Shown piece after piece: positions 9,720 to 19,050 of a DNA stretch of 64,000 bases (positions are counted from its first letter, which is position 1; each line of letters starts with the position of its first letter). The translations under genes and the position numbers were made by a program. Source of the DNA: a virus. The stretch lies in UHGV virus genome UHGV-0286546; one strand, written 5' to 3'. The notes beneath the pieces were generated by a model. It saw nothing but the letters and a program-made list of their open reading frames with translations, was not told the DNA's origin and ran no database searches.

Positions 9720-9774
9720 TATTCGCATAATCTATCCTTTTATCCTTTTTTGGGCGCAAATAGATCTCAGAATA
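9720..9774. repeat. motif pair tattcgcataatct … agatctcagaata (copy 1)
   Basis: The same two motifs recur at 10248-10319, each copy followed by a T-run. Confidence 0.6.
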
Positions 9775-9928
9775 CACACTTCTTTTTTATTTATCTCTCG
9801 TTTATTCTCCCTCGTCTTGTTTAAAGCTCATACAGTAGCATTTCCTATAAAAGATATACAAACTACCAGTAAAATAAATTAGACTATCCAGAAGTCAAAA
9901 AACAAGGTATTTAAAAAGGTATAAAAAA

Positions 9929-9960
9929 TGCTTTACAAATAAAATAAATCATGACATATA
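9929..9960 (+). promoter_or_regulatory. promoter-like element (aaaaaTGCTTTACA-N17-CATATA, with ATGACATA box)
   Basis: Near-duplicate of the 9430 element. Confidence 0.4.
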
Positions 9961-10247
9961 TATAATTGTTATTTTTCAGATAAATGAGCTCTTTGTATTC
10001 ATTAACTCGAAATAACAGCTTTCTTCAAGCATCGGCTACCGGTGTAATATATAATATCGATGAGTTATATATTATATCAGGAGGGGTTGCATAACCTTTC
10101 TTTGGTCGTTTATTTGTTTTAGGCCAAATAAAATAACGTTGTAATGCTCTAAATATAAAGAGTTAACAGTTCGCAACCTGAAATGTAAGGAACTGAATTA
10201 CAATAAAAACGAATAATTTACAATGTGTTATAATAACTATAGGTATA

Positions 10248-10319
10248 TATTCGCATAATCTTCTTAAACATGTTCGTTGGCCCGTTCTGTACTAGAAGAT
10301 CTCAGAATATATACCTTTT
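10248..10319. repeat. motif pair tattcgcataatct … agatctcagaata (copy 2)
   Basis: Lies immediately 3' of the minus-strand MTase-like gene (stop at 10323). Confidence 0.6.
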
Positions 10320-10322
10320 TTC

Positions 10323-11300
10323 TTATCCTTTATAATACTGAATTCCATACTTCTTTATAAATAACCCACATCTATTAACATCTGTATTAACTTCTGGTCC
10401 TACAAATATATAATCAGGAGCTTTAACATGTTCTTTAATAAGCCCTACCCATTCTATAAAGTTATAATACATATTTTCTGGTGTACCTTTCCATCTTTCT
10501 GTATTAGGACCAAAGGGAGGACATACAAATACTGTCTTATCTGTTTCTACTACTTGTGCTAATACATCTCTCTGTACCCATCCATAATATTTACAAAAGA
10601 TTGGATTAATGTCATAAGCTTCTATTTCTGCATCTATATTGTTTTTCTTATAATACTTTCTTGCTCCTTCTATTATACCACCAAATCCTGCCATAGGACA
10701 ATATATGCCTTTAGAAATATCTTTACCACTTTCTTCTAATATCCTTTCAAAAGCAGAAGGCATAAGAGCAGTTACCTTTGGAGCAATCTTAGCGATAGTA
10801 AACCTATGTAATACTTCTTGTAATAAACCTATATCATTATCCTTAAATACTTTTTCAACCCTATTACAAAACTCTTCATACTTATTACCTTTTATACTAT
10901 CATTAATTATCTTAAATAAGTTGTTGATAGCTTTTATTAAATATTCCGGTTTATTCCACGCTTCTTTAGGTGATAACTTACCAGATACATAACAGTCCCA
11001 AATAGGATGATCTGCTGGCCATTTTTTAGTACCCGGAAAAGCACTTCTTAAACACTTATTTAGTATATATTCATCAGTTAATCCAAATAAACTATTAACC
11101 TTTTCTAATTTTATTCCTTTTGTTTTACCGGTATGACTATCTCTCATCTTTTGCTTTGTTAATTCAGATACTACATACTTACCTTGTTGTTTCCTATAAG
11201 CACTGACACACCGACATGAACAAAACTGTCTACCTTTTCTAGCAGGATGAAATAACTTACCACAATACTTACATTCTATATCTTCTTTCTTATTCATCAT
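10323..11300 (-). CDS. Zn-ribbon + NUMOD-like DNA-binding N-domain fused to SAM-dependent DNA methyltransferase-like domain
   Basis: N-terminal CKYCGK…CSCRC zinc ribbon. NUMOD3-like TKQKMRDSHTGKTKG segment. Motif I-like IYCPMAGFGGIIEGA (FxGxG). Motif IV-like VFVCPPFGP ((S/D/C)PP(F/Y)), typical of N6A/N4C MTases. Confidence 0.55.
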   Translation of the reverse strand: MMNKKEDIECKYCGKLFHPARKGRQFCSCRCVSAYRKQQGKYVVSELTKQKMRDSHTGKTKGIKLEKVNSLFGLTDEYILNKCLRSAFPGTKKWPADHPIWDCYVSGKLSPKEAWNKPEYLIKAINNLFKIINDSIKGNKYEEFCNRVEKVFKDNDIGLLQEVLHRFTIAKIAPKVTALMPSAFERILEESGKDISKGIYCPMAGFGGIIEGARKYYKKNNIDAEIEAYDINPIFCKYYGWVQRDVLAQVVETDKTVFVCPPFGPNTERWKGTPENMYYNFIEWVGLIKEHVKAPDYIFVGPEVNTDVNRCGLFIKKYGIQYYKG

Positions 11301-11985
11301 TGTCTCCTTTCATGTCAGATCCATCCCAAGGTCTACTTGCATTTATATATGAATCTAATGGTCTAAGATTTTCTAATGCCCAACACTTTTTAAAATCTTC
11401 ACAATATATGTCTGTAATATTAAAAGTATTTACTGGTCTAATATGATCTATTTGCCAAGTTTCTCTTAGTCCTTTAGCTGTTAAACCAAGATTATCCCAA
11501 CTCATCCAATCTTCAAACTGACTCTCTAAATGCTTTTCTAAATCTTGTATACTATATCCTAATATATTACGTATACTATCATCTTTTTTATTTATAAGCG
11601 ATCTTCGTACTGCCGTCGATATAATGCATCTTAATTTATATCCAATATCACTAGCATACCTTTCATTTTTCCATTTACGATTATACTCGGCTTTTATCTT
11701 TCTTTGCTCTTCAGTCCTATTCTTATGCCATTTTGAAGCTTCTTTCTTATGTGTTTGGTAATATTCCTTTTTATAATCAGGGTTATTCGTTCTAAACCTT
11801 TCATTTTCTTTTTTAATTTTTTCAGGATACTTCATACAATACCTTTTACGTGCAGCTAATACCTTTTCCCTATTTGCTCTCTTCCATCTACGATTCCTTT
11901 CATTCTTTATTAATCTAGCTCTTTCTAAAGGATCTTCTACACTAATAAACATCTCTTCTATACCTTTATATAAATCATCAGTCAT
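11290..11985 (-). CDS. HNH homing-endonuclease-like protein
   Basis: C-terminal HNH core WQIDHIRPVNTF…CWALENLRPL. Highly basic Lys/Arg-rich N-half. Confidence 0.65.
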   Translation of the reverse strand: MTDDLYKGIEEMFISVEDPLERARLIKNERNRRWKRANREKVLAARKRYCMKYPEKIKKENERFRTNNPDYKKEYYQTHKKEASKWHKNRTEEQRKIKAEYNRKWKNERYASDIGYKLRCIISTAVRRSLINKKDDSIRNILGYSIQDLEKHLESQFEDWMSWDNLGLTAKGLRETWQIDHIRPVNTFNITDIYCEDFKKCWALENLRPLDSYINASRPWDGSDMKGDNDE

Positions 11986-12013
11986 TACAGCATCAATCCT
12001 TTAATCACTTCGT

Positions 12014-12041
12014 TAGTATATTAACATTATCTAGAATTACA
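12014..12041 (-). promoter_or_regulatory. candidate promoter for the HNH gene (TTGTAA-N16-TATACT on minus strand)
   Basis: Reverse complement of 12014-12041. The motif agtatattaaca is duplicated at 12050-12061. Confidence 0.3.
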
Positions 12042-12100
12042 ACTTTGTCAGTATATTAACAAAAGAAATTTCAAAAGTAAATACCTAACTTTCCAAAAGT

Positions 12101-12151
12101 ATTAAAAAGATAAATATAAAAGAAATCCCCCAGATTTTACTCCAGGGGATT
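12101..12151 (-). terminator. rho-independent terminator downstream of MCP gene
   Basis: Stem atcccc/ggggat (12125-12130 / 12145-12150) followed on the minus strand by a T-rich run. Confidence 0.5.
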
Positions 12152-12187
12152 CTTGATTCTACAATAATATCTTGCTAAATCAACAAC

Positions 12188-13771
12188 TTAGGCGTGAGCT
12201 TGGTTGAAGTTAGCAATAGCACCACGTACCAAGTACTCAGGCTTATTGATGAACAAATCATAGAAAGACATAGCGCCTTTGTGATTCTTCAAATTAGGAG
12301 CTTGGAAAGTAGGTGTGAAATAGAGCGGGATCCACTCAGCTAAAACAATTGCCGAATCACCTAACTGGAATCCTTTGAAACCGAAGACAACCTGATCAAC
12401 CGGTAATGTCTTAGTATAAGGAACAGCGATAACAGCAATAGTACCGTCACGCAATGTACCAGCTAAGTAAGGTCCAATCGGTTTCTTAGCTTCAGGAGCT
12501 GCTTTGAAACCTTCGATTTGTTCTACGATTGTTAAACCTTGACGAGCAGAAACAATCATGAATTCAACTGTACCACGACCAGCAACTTCTTGGATAATAC
12601 CACGAGCACTAGAAATAGTAGTTGTATAAGCAGAATATCTCTGTTGTAAGGTTAAGTTAGCACCGTTTGCAGCACAATCAAATGTCAAATCAGCGTTCGG
12701 AGTAGCAGCAGCATATACACTGTGGATCAATGACAAATCACGTTCCCAACGAATAGTACCAGCAATTTGGTTAGCAATCAATTCATCAGTGTCAATTGCT
12801 AAGTGAGCGTTCATTACCAAACCAGCTGCAACACTGTAAGAACTCATTAACGGGTGCTGCTTAGCTAAAATAGGCTGATTAGGAATATCGAACTGAATCT
12901 TACGAATCAAATCAACATCTGTTTCAACATCAACAGCAGCTTCGAAACTCAGCATAGCATTCTCAGCAATAGCATCAGCATACATAGTAGCATCCAATTT
13001 CAATGTAGCTACACCAGTCTGAGCATTAACTGTACCAGAAACACCACGACCAATTACATTGTATGCACCACTGTTAACACCATCCAACTGCGCAGAACCA
13101 TTACCATAGTCACGTGCAATCTCTTTACCTGCTAAACGAACGATGAACGAACCAGCACGTACTTTAACTGTAGCATCAGAAGGCAATGCAGCAGACGGAT
13201 TAGCAGTTACATCAGCAGTAGCCTGAACATCTGTATACCCAATGAACTCAGAAGAATACGTACCATCTGTCGGATTCTCAAATACAATGTCACCAGCTTC
13301 AACACCAGCAGCGTCTTGAGAATAACGTGTTTTGATGATGAAGATTTGGCCAGACTGACGATCTAAAGCTTGAATATCAGCAATGTAGTTTGCTACCATT
13401 TGCGGATAAAATACATTAACGATATCAACGACTTTAGGAGTCAAGCTTGCAACACCAGGGCTGAGCAAAGAAACAGCAGAAGTAGAAGCGTTACCGCCAA
13501 AATCTTCGTGCAGGATATTGCGACCTGTGTAAGGAGTATCTGGCTGTTGAGCGATGTATTCAGCAGTATTTTCTAAGAGCTGAACCATAGTAGCGGCTTG
13601 GTATTTAGCTTCTTTAGAGTCAGATTCCAGAGCTTTTACGAGAGCCGGGCAGCGTTTGCCGAGAGTAGATTCACTGAGAACTTCTGCAGCGTGAGCGATA
13701 CCTTTATTGATTCTTTCGCTACGGGCTTTAGCAACCAGTGACTTATTTTCAACTTTGGTTAAGATAGACAT
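12188..13771 (-). CDS. gp23: major capsid protein, T4 gp23-like
   Basis: 527 aa. Recognisable gp23-family segments (…PKVVDIVNVFYPQMVANYIADIQALDRQSGQIFIIKTRYS…, …GRGTVEFMIVSARQGLTIVEQ…, …AIVLAEWIPLYFTPT…). GC content clearly higher than surrounding genes, consistent with high expression. Confidence 0.85.
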   Translation of the reverse strand: MSILTKVENKSLVAKARSERINKGIAHAAEVLSESTLGKRCPALVKALESDSKEAKYQAATMVQLLENTAEYIAQQPDTPYTGRNILHEDFGGNASTSAVSLLSPGVASLTPKVVDIVNVFYPQMVANYIADIQALDRQSGQIFIIKTRYSQDAAGVEAGDIVFENPTDGTYSSEFIGYTDVQATADVTANPSAALPSDATVKVRAGSFIVRLAGKEIARDYGNGSAQLDGVNSGAYNVIGRGVSGTVNAQTGVATLKLDATMYADAIAENAMLSFEAAVDVETDVDLIRKIQFDIPNQPILAKQHPLMSSYSVAAGLVMNAHLAIDTDELIANQIAGTIRWERDLSLIHSVYAAATPNADLTFDCAANGANLTLQQRYSAYTTTISSARGIIQEVAGRGTVEFMIVSARQGLTIVEQIEGFKAAPEAKKPIGPYLAGTLRDGTIAVIAVPYTKTLPVDQVVFGFKGFQLGDSAIVLAEWIPLYFTPTFQAPNLKNHKGAMSFYDLFINKPEYLVRGAIANFNQAHA

Positions 13772-14269
13772 AGTAGTTTAATTTCCTATATTAAGTTTTA
13801 AGTTAAACGTTTATATATTTTTAGTTTTTTGTATAGATAGTATGTATTTATATCTATGTCCAGAGTAGTGTAAAGATCCCGTAGGATGGGAAACTTAGTA
13901 TTAGTTATTTAATTAGAACAGTATATTTATGATAAAGTAGTGATTTGGAAGAATTTTTTTGTAAATTTTTTTATTTTAGTTGTATATGTAGGTATATATG
14001 TGGAGTATTTGGGTTAATGTAAGTATGTTATCGTATATATGAGTAGTGTAGTATATAGTAGATAAAAGGTAACGTGATGAGATTGTATGTAGTTATATGG
14101 TGTATGTGTATATATAGGTTGTAGGAATTTTTAGGAAATGTGTCGGCGTAGGTAGATTGTGATATATAGTGGGTATGTATGATTGTAGATAATTGGTTTT
14201 ACGTTTACTGTATTACATGGTATAGTAATGGTAATAATGAAATGAATGATATGAGAGGATGAGCTACGT

Positions 14270-14605
14270 ATGCTGAAAAGAGAATATAGAGAGGTATTAG
14301 GTACAGTATTAAGGAATGATATAGCGGAAGCACTTGACTTATTTACTGGTATTTGGTCAAGTGGTATATATAGAGTTGGTGTAGATAAAGGTGTTGAAAA
14401 AAGATATAATATAGATATAGTATGTAGTAAAGACCAGTATAAAAGAGTTAGAGAGTATGTAGAAGAGGCATATAATTTTAATGAAGAGAAGTTAGTATTC
14501 GATGAAAGTTATTTTGATAGTGCGCATTATTGTTATTCAGTTAGTGAAGAGAAGTTAATGCAGATTTATAGTTTACTTAGAATTAAAGGATATACGATGA
14601 ATTAA
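14270..14605 (+). CDS. small protein, LxRIxGYL-box family (…IYSLLRIKGYTMN)
   Basis: Very C-poor coding sequence with the family C-terminal box. Confidence 0.6.
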   Translation: MLKREYREVLGTVLRNDIAEALDLFTGIWSSGIYRVGVDKGVEKRYNIDIVCSKDQYKRVREYVEEAYNFNEEKLVFDESYFDSAHYCYSVSEEKLMQIYSLLRIKGYTMN

Positions 14606-14782
14606 TCCTAATGTATGGTATATATTGTTTATTATAGATTCCTTTGATACTTAGTTGTATTGAAGGAATTTTTTTTACTATTTTGTTGTAATGGTAATAT
14701 TTGTTTTACATTTGAATAGTATTTTGGTATAATATATATAAAATGTAATGTTATAATGAAATAAAGAATTAGGAATGTATAT

Positions 14783-15526
14783 ATGAAAACAAGCATGTCA
14801 GTTTTTAGGCGTTTTGAAGTACTAGATAAATATTATACTGGTTATTCTACTTCTAAACAAATTATGAAGCACAAGGTTGAATTAGAAAGATTTAAGGGCT
14901 TATCTTTAGAAGAAAAATTGGGTAGTAAAATAAATGATTTGTTGTTACCTACTTGTGTATTAACTATTTTAGATTCCATTGGAGTATATTTATATTTAGA
15001 TCTTTATACAATTAATTTTGAAGTAAATGAATATAACTATCATAGATTAAAAACAAAAAAGATGGCATTGGGTATATTAAAAGCACATTTAGAAGCAATT
15101 GGATTAGGATTTGATATAGATGAAATAGATGATGAGATGATTAAGCGTATTCGTAATAAATATAATGATATGTATTCGAGTTTAAAGATATTAGAAAACT
15201 TTGGATTTGAAATTATTAAAAGTTGTAGATATGATGAATATGTTAATGCAGGATATAATACTAACTTATATAATTCTGTTGCAGCAGTTTTATTAAGTTA
15301 CCCTGCATTATTAGACTTTGTTGACTTAAAAGAAAGACAAGGAAAAAACGATAGTATATTTCCAGAATTAGTGGTTAAAAATACAGACGTTGATATGTTT
15401 ACTACTTTATGCAGGATTATGGATGTTAATTTCAAAGTTTGGTATGGCAGCAGAGGTAATAGAAAGTATCCACATAATACATATTTTGATGTGTTTTTAC
15501 CTAAGCGCTTAAAAAATGACATTTGA
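14783..15526 (+). CDS. hypothetical protein (247 aa)
   Basis: ORF with RBS ttaggaatgtatatATG. Confidence 0.55.
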   Translation: MKTSMSVFRRFEVLDKYYTGYSTSKQIMKHKVELERFKGLSLEEKLGSKINDLLLPTCVLTILDSIGVYLYLDLYTINFEVNEYNYHRLKTKKMALGILKAHLEAIGLGFDIDEIDDEMIKRIRNKYNDMYSSLKILENFGFEIIKSCRYDEYVNAGYNTNLYNSVAAVLLSYPALLDFVDLKERQGKNDSIFPELVVKNTDVDMFTTLCRIMDVNFKVWYGSRGNRKYPHNTYFDVFLPKRLKNDI

Positions 15527-15717
15527 GTAAAGATATATAAGATTAATTAATGTTATAACAATAGAAGGTATTTGAGTAGGTTATAGTAGATATCAGTAAT
15601 TGTAGCCCTTTACCTTTAGTAGAATAGAGGGTTATTTTTATATCTGGATAAAAACTATTTTGGTATATAAAAAGAAGGGAAGGATATATTATAATAACAC
15701 CGGTACTTTGGGATTTA

Positions 15718-16302
15718 TTAGGCAACATTTACTGATAATCCGGTTTTTCTTAACCAAGTATTAAAATCGTCTTTTTCATGAGGCGGTTTGTCATCGTAAC
15801 AGTATTTATCAGCTTGTTCTTTTGTTAAACCGTAATTTTTTATAGTCCATTCTCTAGGTTGATATTCACTACTACAACTCTGATATGCGTCATAAAAGTT
15901 TTGTATATCGAAGAAAGATAAATTATTTTGTGGAATCATTTCTTTATGTGCGTCTATTATTTCTTGTAAGCGTGCATTTGGTGTTCCTCTTACTTGTAGA
16001 TTTCCATTATTATCTTCATCAAACATTGTATGTACTTCACTATCGGTTAATTCACCATATTCTTCCAATGCACTTATCAAATTATCATGTAACCAAACAT
16101 CAGCATCAACAACATATATATTTTTATCAGTAGCAATTCCTCGTATTGAATTAAATCTTGTATTACTTTTAAATGAAAAATATTCATAAGGACTAGGATT
16201 TTTTAGTACAGTTAATATTTCATTTTCATCAAACCAAGTAGGTACTCTTAATATTTTAGTTTCTAACAATATACCTTCTACTATCTTTCTAAACTTTGAC
16301 AT
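15718..16302 (-). CDS. hypothetical protein (194 aa), opposite orientation to neighbours
   Basis: Minus-strand ORF inside an otherwise plus-strand block. RBS agaaggcgtgtattATG (reverse complement). Confidence 0.55.
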   Translation of the reverse strand: MSKFRKIVEGILLETKILRVPTWFDENEILTVLKNPSPYEYFSFKSNTRFNSIRGIATDKNIYVVDADVWLHDNLISALEEYGELTDSEVHTMFDEDNNGNLQVRGTPNARLQEIIDAHKEMIPQNNLSFFDIQNFYDAYQSCSSEYQPREWTIKNYGLTKEQADKYCYDDKPPHEKDDFNTWLRKTGLSVNVA

Positions 16303-16375
16303 AATACACGCCTTCTAGTAATAATTTTCACAATATTTATTAGAACCTATGTTAATATTTATCGAATAGACAATC

Positions 16376-16406
16376 TGTTTTACTTTATTTGTATTTGTGG
16401 TATAGT
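16376..16406 (+). promoter_or_regulatory. sigma70-like promoter (tgTTTTACT-N16-TATAGT)
   Basis: Upstream of the 16458 start. Confidence 0.4.
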
Positions 16407-16457
16407 AAATAAAAATAAATACTTGTTTTGATATGTAAAAAAAAAGGAATGTGTATA

Positions 16458-17285
16458 ATGATGAATAAGATTTATAAAGTAGGTGATGTTATTAATGATT
16501 GGGTATTAATTGAAAAGAGTAATAAGACATATGCAAATGGTAATATTATTTATAAAGCAGTACACAATAAAACAGGTAAAATAACATTGGGAACACCTTA
16601 TTTATTTCGTACCAATAAAGTTAGTTCCGGAGCAGTAAGGAAAGGTAAGCATGATGGAGAAACAGTCAACGGGTGGTTATTAGAAGATACTGGTAAGCGA
16701 TATGGAAAAGGATACATTCGACAATATAAAGGTACTAATAAAATAAGTGGCAAAGTAGTATATGGTCCTTATGATTGTTTTAAAAATGGAAATCTTAAAG
16801 AAACTAATAAAGCCCTATATGATGGTCGTATAGTTAATGGATGGTTATTAGAAGACACAGGTGAAAAGACGAATATAAACCAGCATATTTATAAAGGAAT
16901 AGAAAAAGATACAGGTAGAATTGCATATGGAATAAGTACAAATTTTAAGAATAATACATTTAATAAGGTAAAGAAAAAGAATAAACATCATGGCGAAATT
17001 GTTAACGGATGGTTGTTAGAAGACATTGGTTTAAAAGTAGGTAATAGTCGTAATACTAAATATAAAGGCATACATCAAGAAACAGGTAAAGTTGGTTTCG
17101 GTGCATATAGAGAATTTAAATTAGGTAACGTATCCAATAAAGTTAAAGTAAAGGAACAACCTAAAAAGAAAAAGATTAACGTAAGTGATATAGTTGATAT
17201 TAAACAGACTTTAGAAGCACAATTGAATAAAATTGTTAATGTTGCTAAAACTAAAGGATATACAATTACATATATGATTGAATAA
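16458..17285 (+). CDS. protein with three tandem ~57-aa repeats (GE(T/I)VNGWLLED(T/I)G…YKG…TGK…YG)
   Basis: Start chosen at ATG 16458 (RBS aaaaaggaatgtgtataATGATG). Repeat units at about 16660, 16830 and 17000 at both DNA and protein level. Confidence 0.6.
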   Translation: MMNKIYKVGDVINDWVLIEKSNKTYANGNIIYKAVHNKTGKITLGTPYLFRTNKVSSGAVRKGKHDGETVNGWLLEDTGKRYGKGYIRQYKGTNKISGKVVYGPYDCFKNGNLKETNKALYDGRIVNGWLLEDTGEKTNINQHIYKGIEKDTGRIAYGISTNFKNNTFNKVKKKNKHHGEIVNGWLLEDIGLKVGNSRNTKYKGIHQETGKVGFGAYREFKLGNVSNKVKVKEQPKKKKINVSDIVDIKQTLEAQLNKIVNVAKTKGYTITYMIE

Positions 17286-17309
17286 GACTCGTCGATAAAT
17301 GATTATATG

Positions 17310-17348
17310 AAGGTCCTTGGAGAAAAATCTTTGGACCTTTTATTTTAT
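17310..17348 (+). terminator. rho-independent terminator (aaggtcc-N16-ggacctt + TTATTTTA)
   Basis: Perfect 7-bp stem plus a T-tract immediately after the stop codon of the repeat-protein gene. Confidence 0.7.
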
Positions 17349-17388
17349 TGGTTTTACTTTATTTATAGTATAGTGTATATTATATATA

Positions 17389-17982
17389 ATGTTTAAAGAA
17401 ATAGAGGATTATACCATGCTTAGTAATGAAGAATATGATGAACGTTATCCAGATAGAGAGGATAAAAATCTTATTGTTAAATTAGCTGCTAATATCGTAC
17501 ATGAATTAGAGGTGCATTTAAATCCAAAATTAGAAGAATATGCAAACTGGAGGATAACATCAGATCCAAAAAACCATCGATTATACGCATTGAGTACTTA
17601 TTACCTTAAAAATAAAGATAAATTACTCATAATAAGTGAACCTTTTTGTTGGTTAAGTCTTGAAGGTATGGTATCACATCAAATGAAAGCAGTTAAGATG
17701 CGTATTGCTGAAATAAAGTTAGCTTTAGCGATAACAGGATTAGATAAAGCAGTAAAATTTGTTCCTGACGTTGTTCAGCATCCTAATGCCAAAATTCAAA
17801 AAAATAAATATTATGATGAAGTTAGCTTACCTTATAAATACTTTTCTAATAAATCAATTGAATTAAGATTTACTGTTGATTTGGAGTTATTGGATCCTTT
17901 ACGATATGGTTATTTTAAGACATTAGGCTTTCCTTTAACAAGATCAGAACTTTTACAAGATAATGACTATGTAATTGACTAA
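17389..17982 (+). CDS. hypothetical protein (197 aa)
   Basis: ORF preceded by a TTTACT…TATATT promoter-like sequence at about 17352-17385. Confidence 0.55.
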   Translation: MFKEIEDYTMLSNEEYDERYPDREDKNLIVKLAANIVHELEVHLNPKLEEYANWRITSDPKNHRLYALSTYYLKNKDKLLIISEPFCWLSLEGMVSHQMKAVKMRIAEIKLALAITGLDKAVKFVPDVVQHPNAKIQKNKYYDEVSLPYKYFSNKSIELRFTVDLELLDPLRYGYFKTLGFPLTRSELLQDNDYVID

Positions 17983-17997
17983 TAAAGGATATATGTA

Positions 17998-18303
17998 ATG
18001 AGCACAGATACATTTAGACTTAAGGATATTGCAGCAGGATTTGTAATGGATATTGGTATACAGTTTGAAACAAAAATTTATGCGTCAATATTTACAGAAG
18101 TACGAGATGCTCGTTATAGGTTAGAGATAATGATGCCGGTAGAATTAGAAAAAGAACTTGACAGGTTTTTAATAGAGAAGTATGAGTTAACATCGACATT
18201 ACGAATACATTGGAATGCCTTTTGGGTTAAAAAAGAGTATCGTATAAAAAAAGATATGTTAGACAACATTAAGGTTTTGATTAGATTGTTAGGATATATG
18301 TAA
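17998..18303 (+). CDS. small protein, LxRIxGYL-box family (…IKVLIRLLGYM)
   Basis: RBS taaaggatatatgtaATG. Confidence 0.6.
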   Translation: MSTDTFRLKDIAAGFVMDIGIQFETKIYASIFTEVRDARYRLEIMMPVELEKELDRFLIEKYELTSTLRIHWNAFWVKKEYRIKKDMLDNIKVLIRLLGYM

Positions 18304-18304
18304 A

Positions 18305-18607
18305 ATGAATGAGATACATTATAACATTTGTAGGATGTTAGAAAAAGAGTTATATAATAAATTTGGAGATACTTATATATTTGCCTATATAGATTATTTT
18401 AATAAAGATAAATCAGTACTTAATATAACTTGTGAAGATAAAAAAGTGAATGAGATAAAAGCATATATAGATGAGATATATATGTTTAAATCTTTTCCTG
18501 AGGGTGTTAAAGTTTGGGATTCATTTAAAGACCGTATTTCATATTTAGTTAATGATGAAGATTTAGAAAAAATGGAAGTTATACTTATGATAAAGGGTTA
18601 CTTATAA
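18305..18607 (+). CDS. small protein, LxRIxGYL-box family (…MEVILMIKGYL)
   Basis: Tightly coupled to the neighbouring genes. Confidence 0.6.
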   Translation: MNEIHYNICRMLEKELYNKFGDTYIFAYIDYFNKDKSVLNITCEDKKVNEIKAYIDEIYMFKSFPEGVKVWDSFKDRISYLVNDEDLEKMEVILMIKGYL

Positions 18608-19050
18608 TGACTAATGTATCAGATAAGCATAGTAAAATAATATGTATAGCTTGCGATTATGATTGGGGCGAAGGTGTAACGGTAAATCAAGAAATGGTAC
18701 GATTACAACTTTATATGTATATTGTTAATAAAGTCATAAAAAGCAAAGATGTTAGGATAGAAAGTCTTCCCAGTTTTTCTGAGCATGAGGTACACTATGA
18801 AATCAAGTTATATGAAGACGATTTAACACCGGATTACAATACATTATACAGAATTGATGAACGAGCTTTTACAAACGATATACTTGTAAATTGTATTGAA
18901 GAAAAGATGACTTTGTTTAGAAAAATAAAACTTAATCTATGGTATATGTATGTAACTACTCATGGAATGGTTTATGTATTTATACTTATCGCAATTGTTA
19001 TTTTATTGATATTTGGGTTAAGACTAAATTATTTGTGTAATTGTGGATAA
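18607..19050 (+). CDS. family variant (…DYNTLYRIDERAF…) with C-terminal transmembrane segment
   Basis: TLYRID box followed by a hydrophobic tail (VYVFILIAIVILLIFGL). Confidence 0.55.
   Translation: MTNVSDKHSKIICIACDYDWGEGVTVNQEMVRLQLYMYIVNKVIKSKDVRIESLPSFSEHEVHYEIKLYEDDLTPDYNTLYRIDERAFTNDILVNCIEEKMTLFRKIKLNLWYMYVTTHGMVYVFILIAIVILLIFGLRLNYLCNCG

Noticed and set aside
9579-9882. ORFs 9579-9824 and 9700-9882 in the non-coding hub
   Set aside because: No RBS, hydrophobic low-complexity translations, and overlap with repeat motifs. More likely non-coding.
13370-13576. Plus-strand ORF antisense to the capsid gene
   Set aside because: Nested antisense to the confidently called gp23-like gene.
13800-13830. 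T4-type late promoter (TATAAATA) upstream of the capsid gene
   Set aside because: Only a near-match (reverse complement AAATATATAAACG) is present and an exact TATAAATA is absent, so it is mentioned as a hint and not annotated as a feature.
15885-16133. His/Tyr/Leu-rich ORF antisense to 15718-16302
   Set aside because: Low-complexity antisense frame with no RBS.
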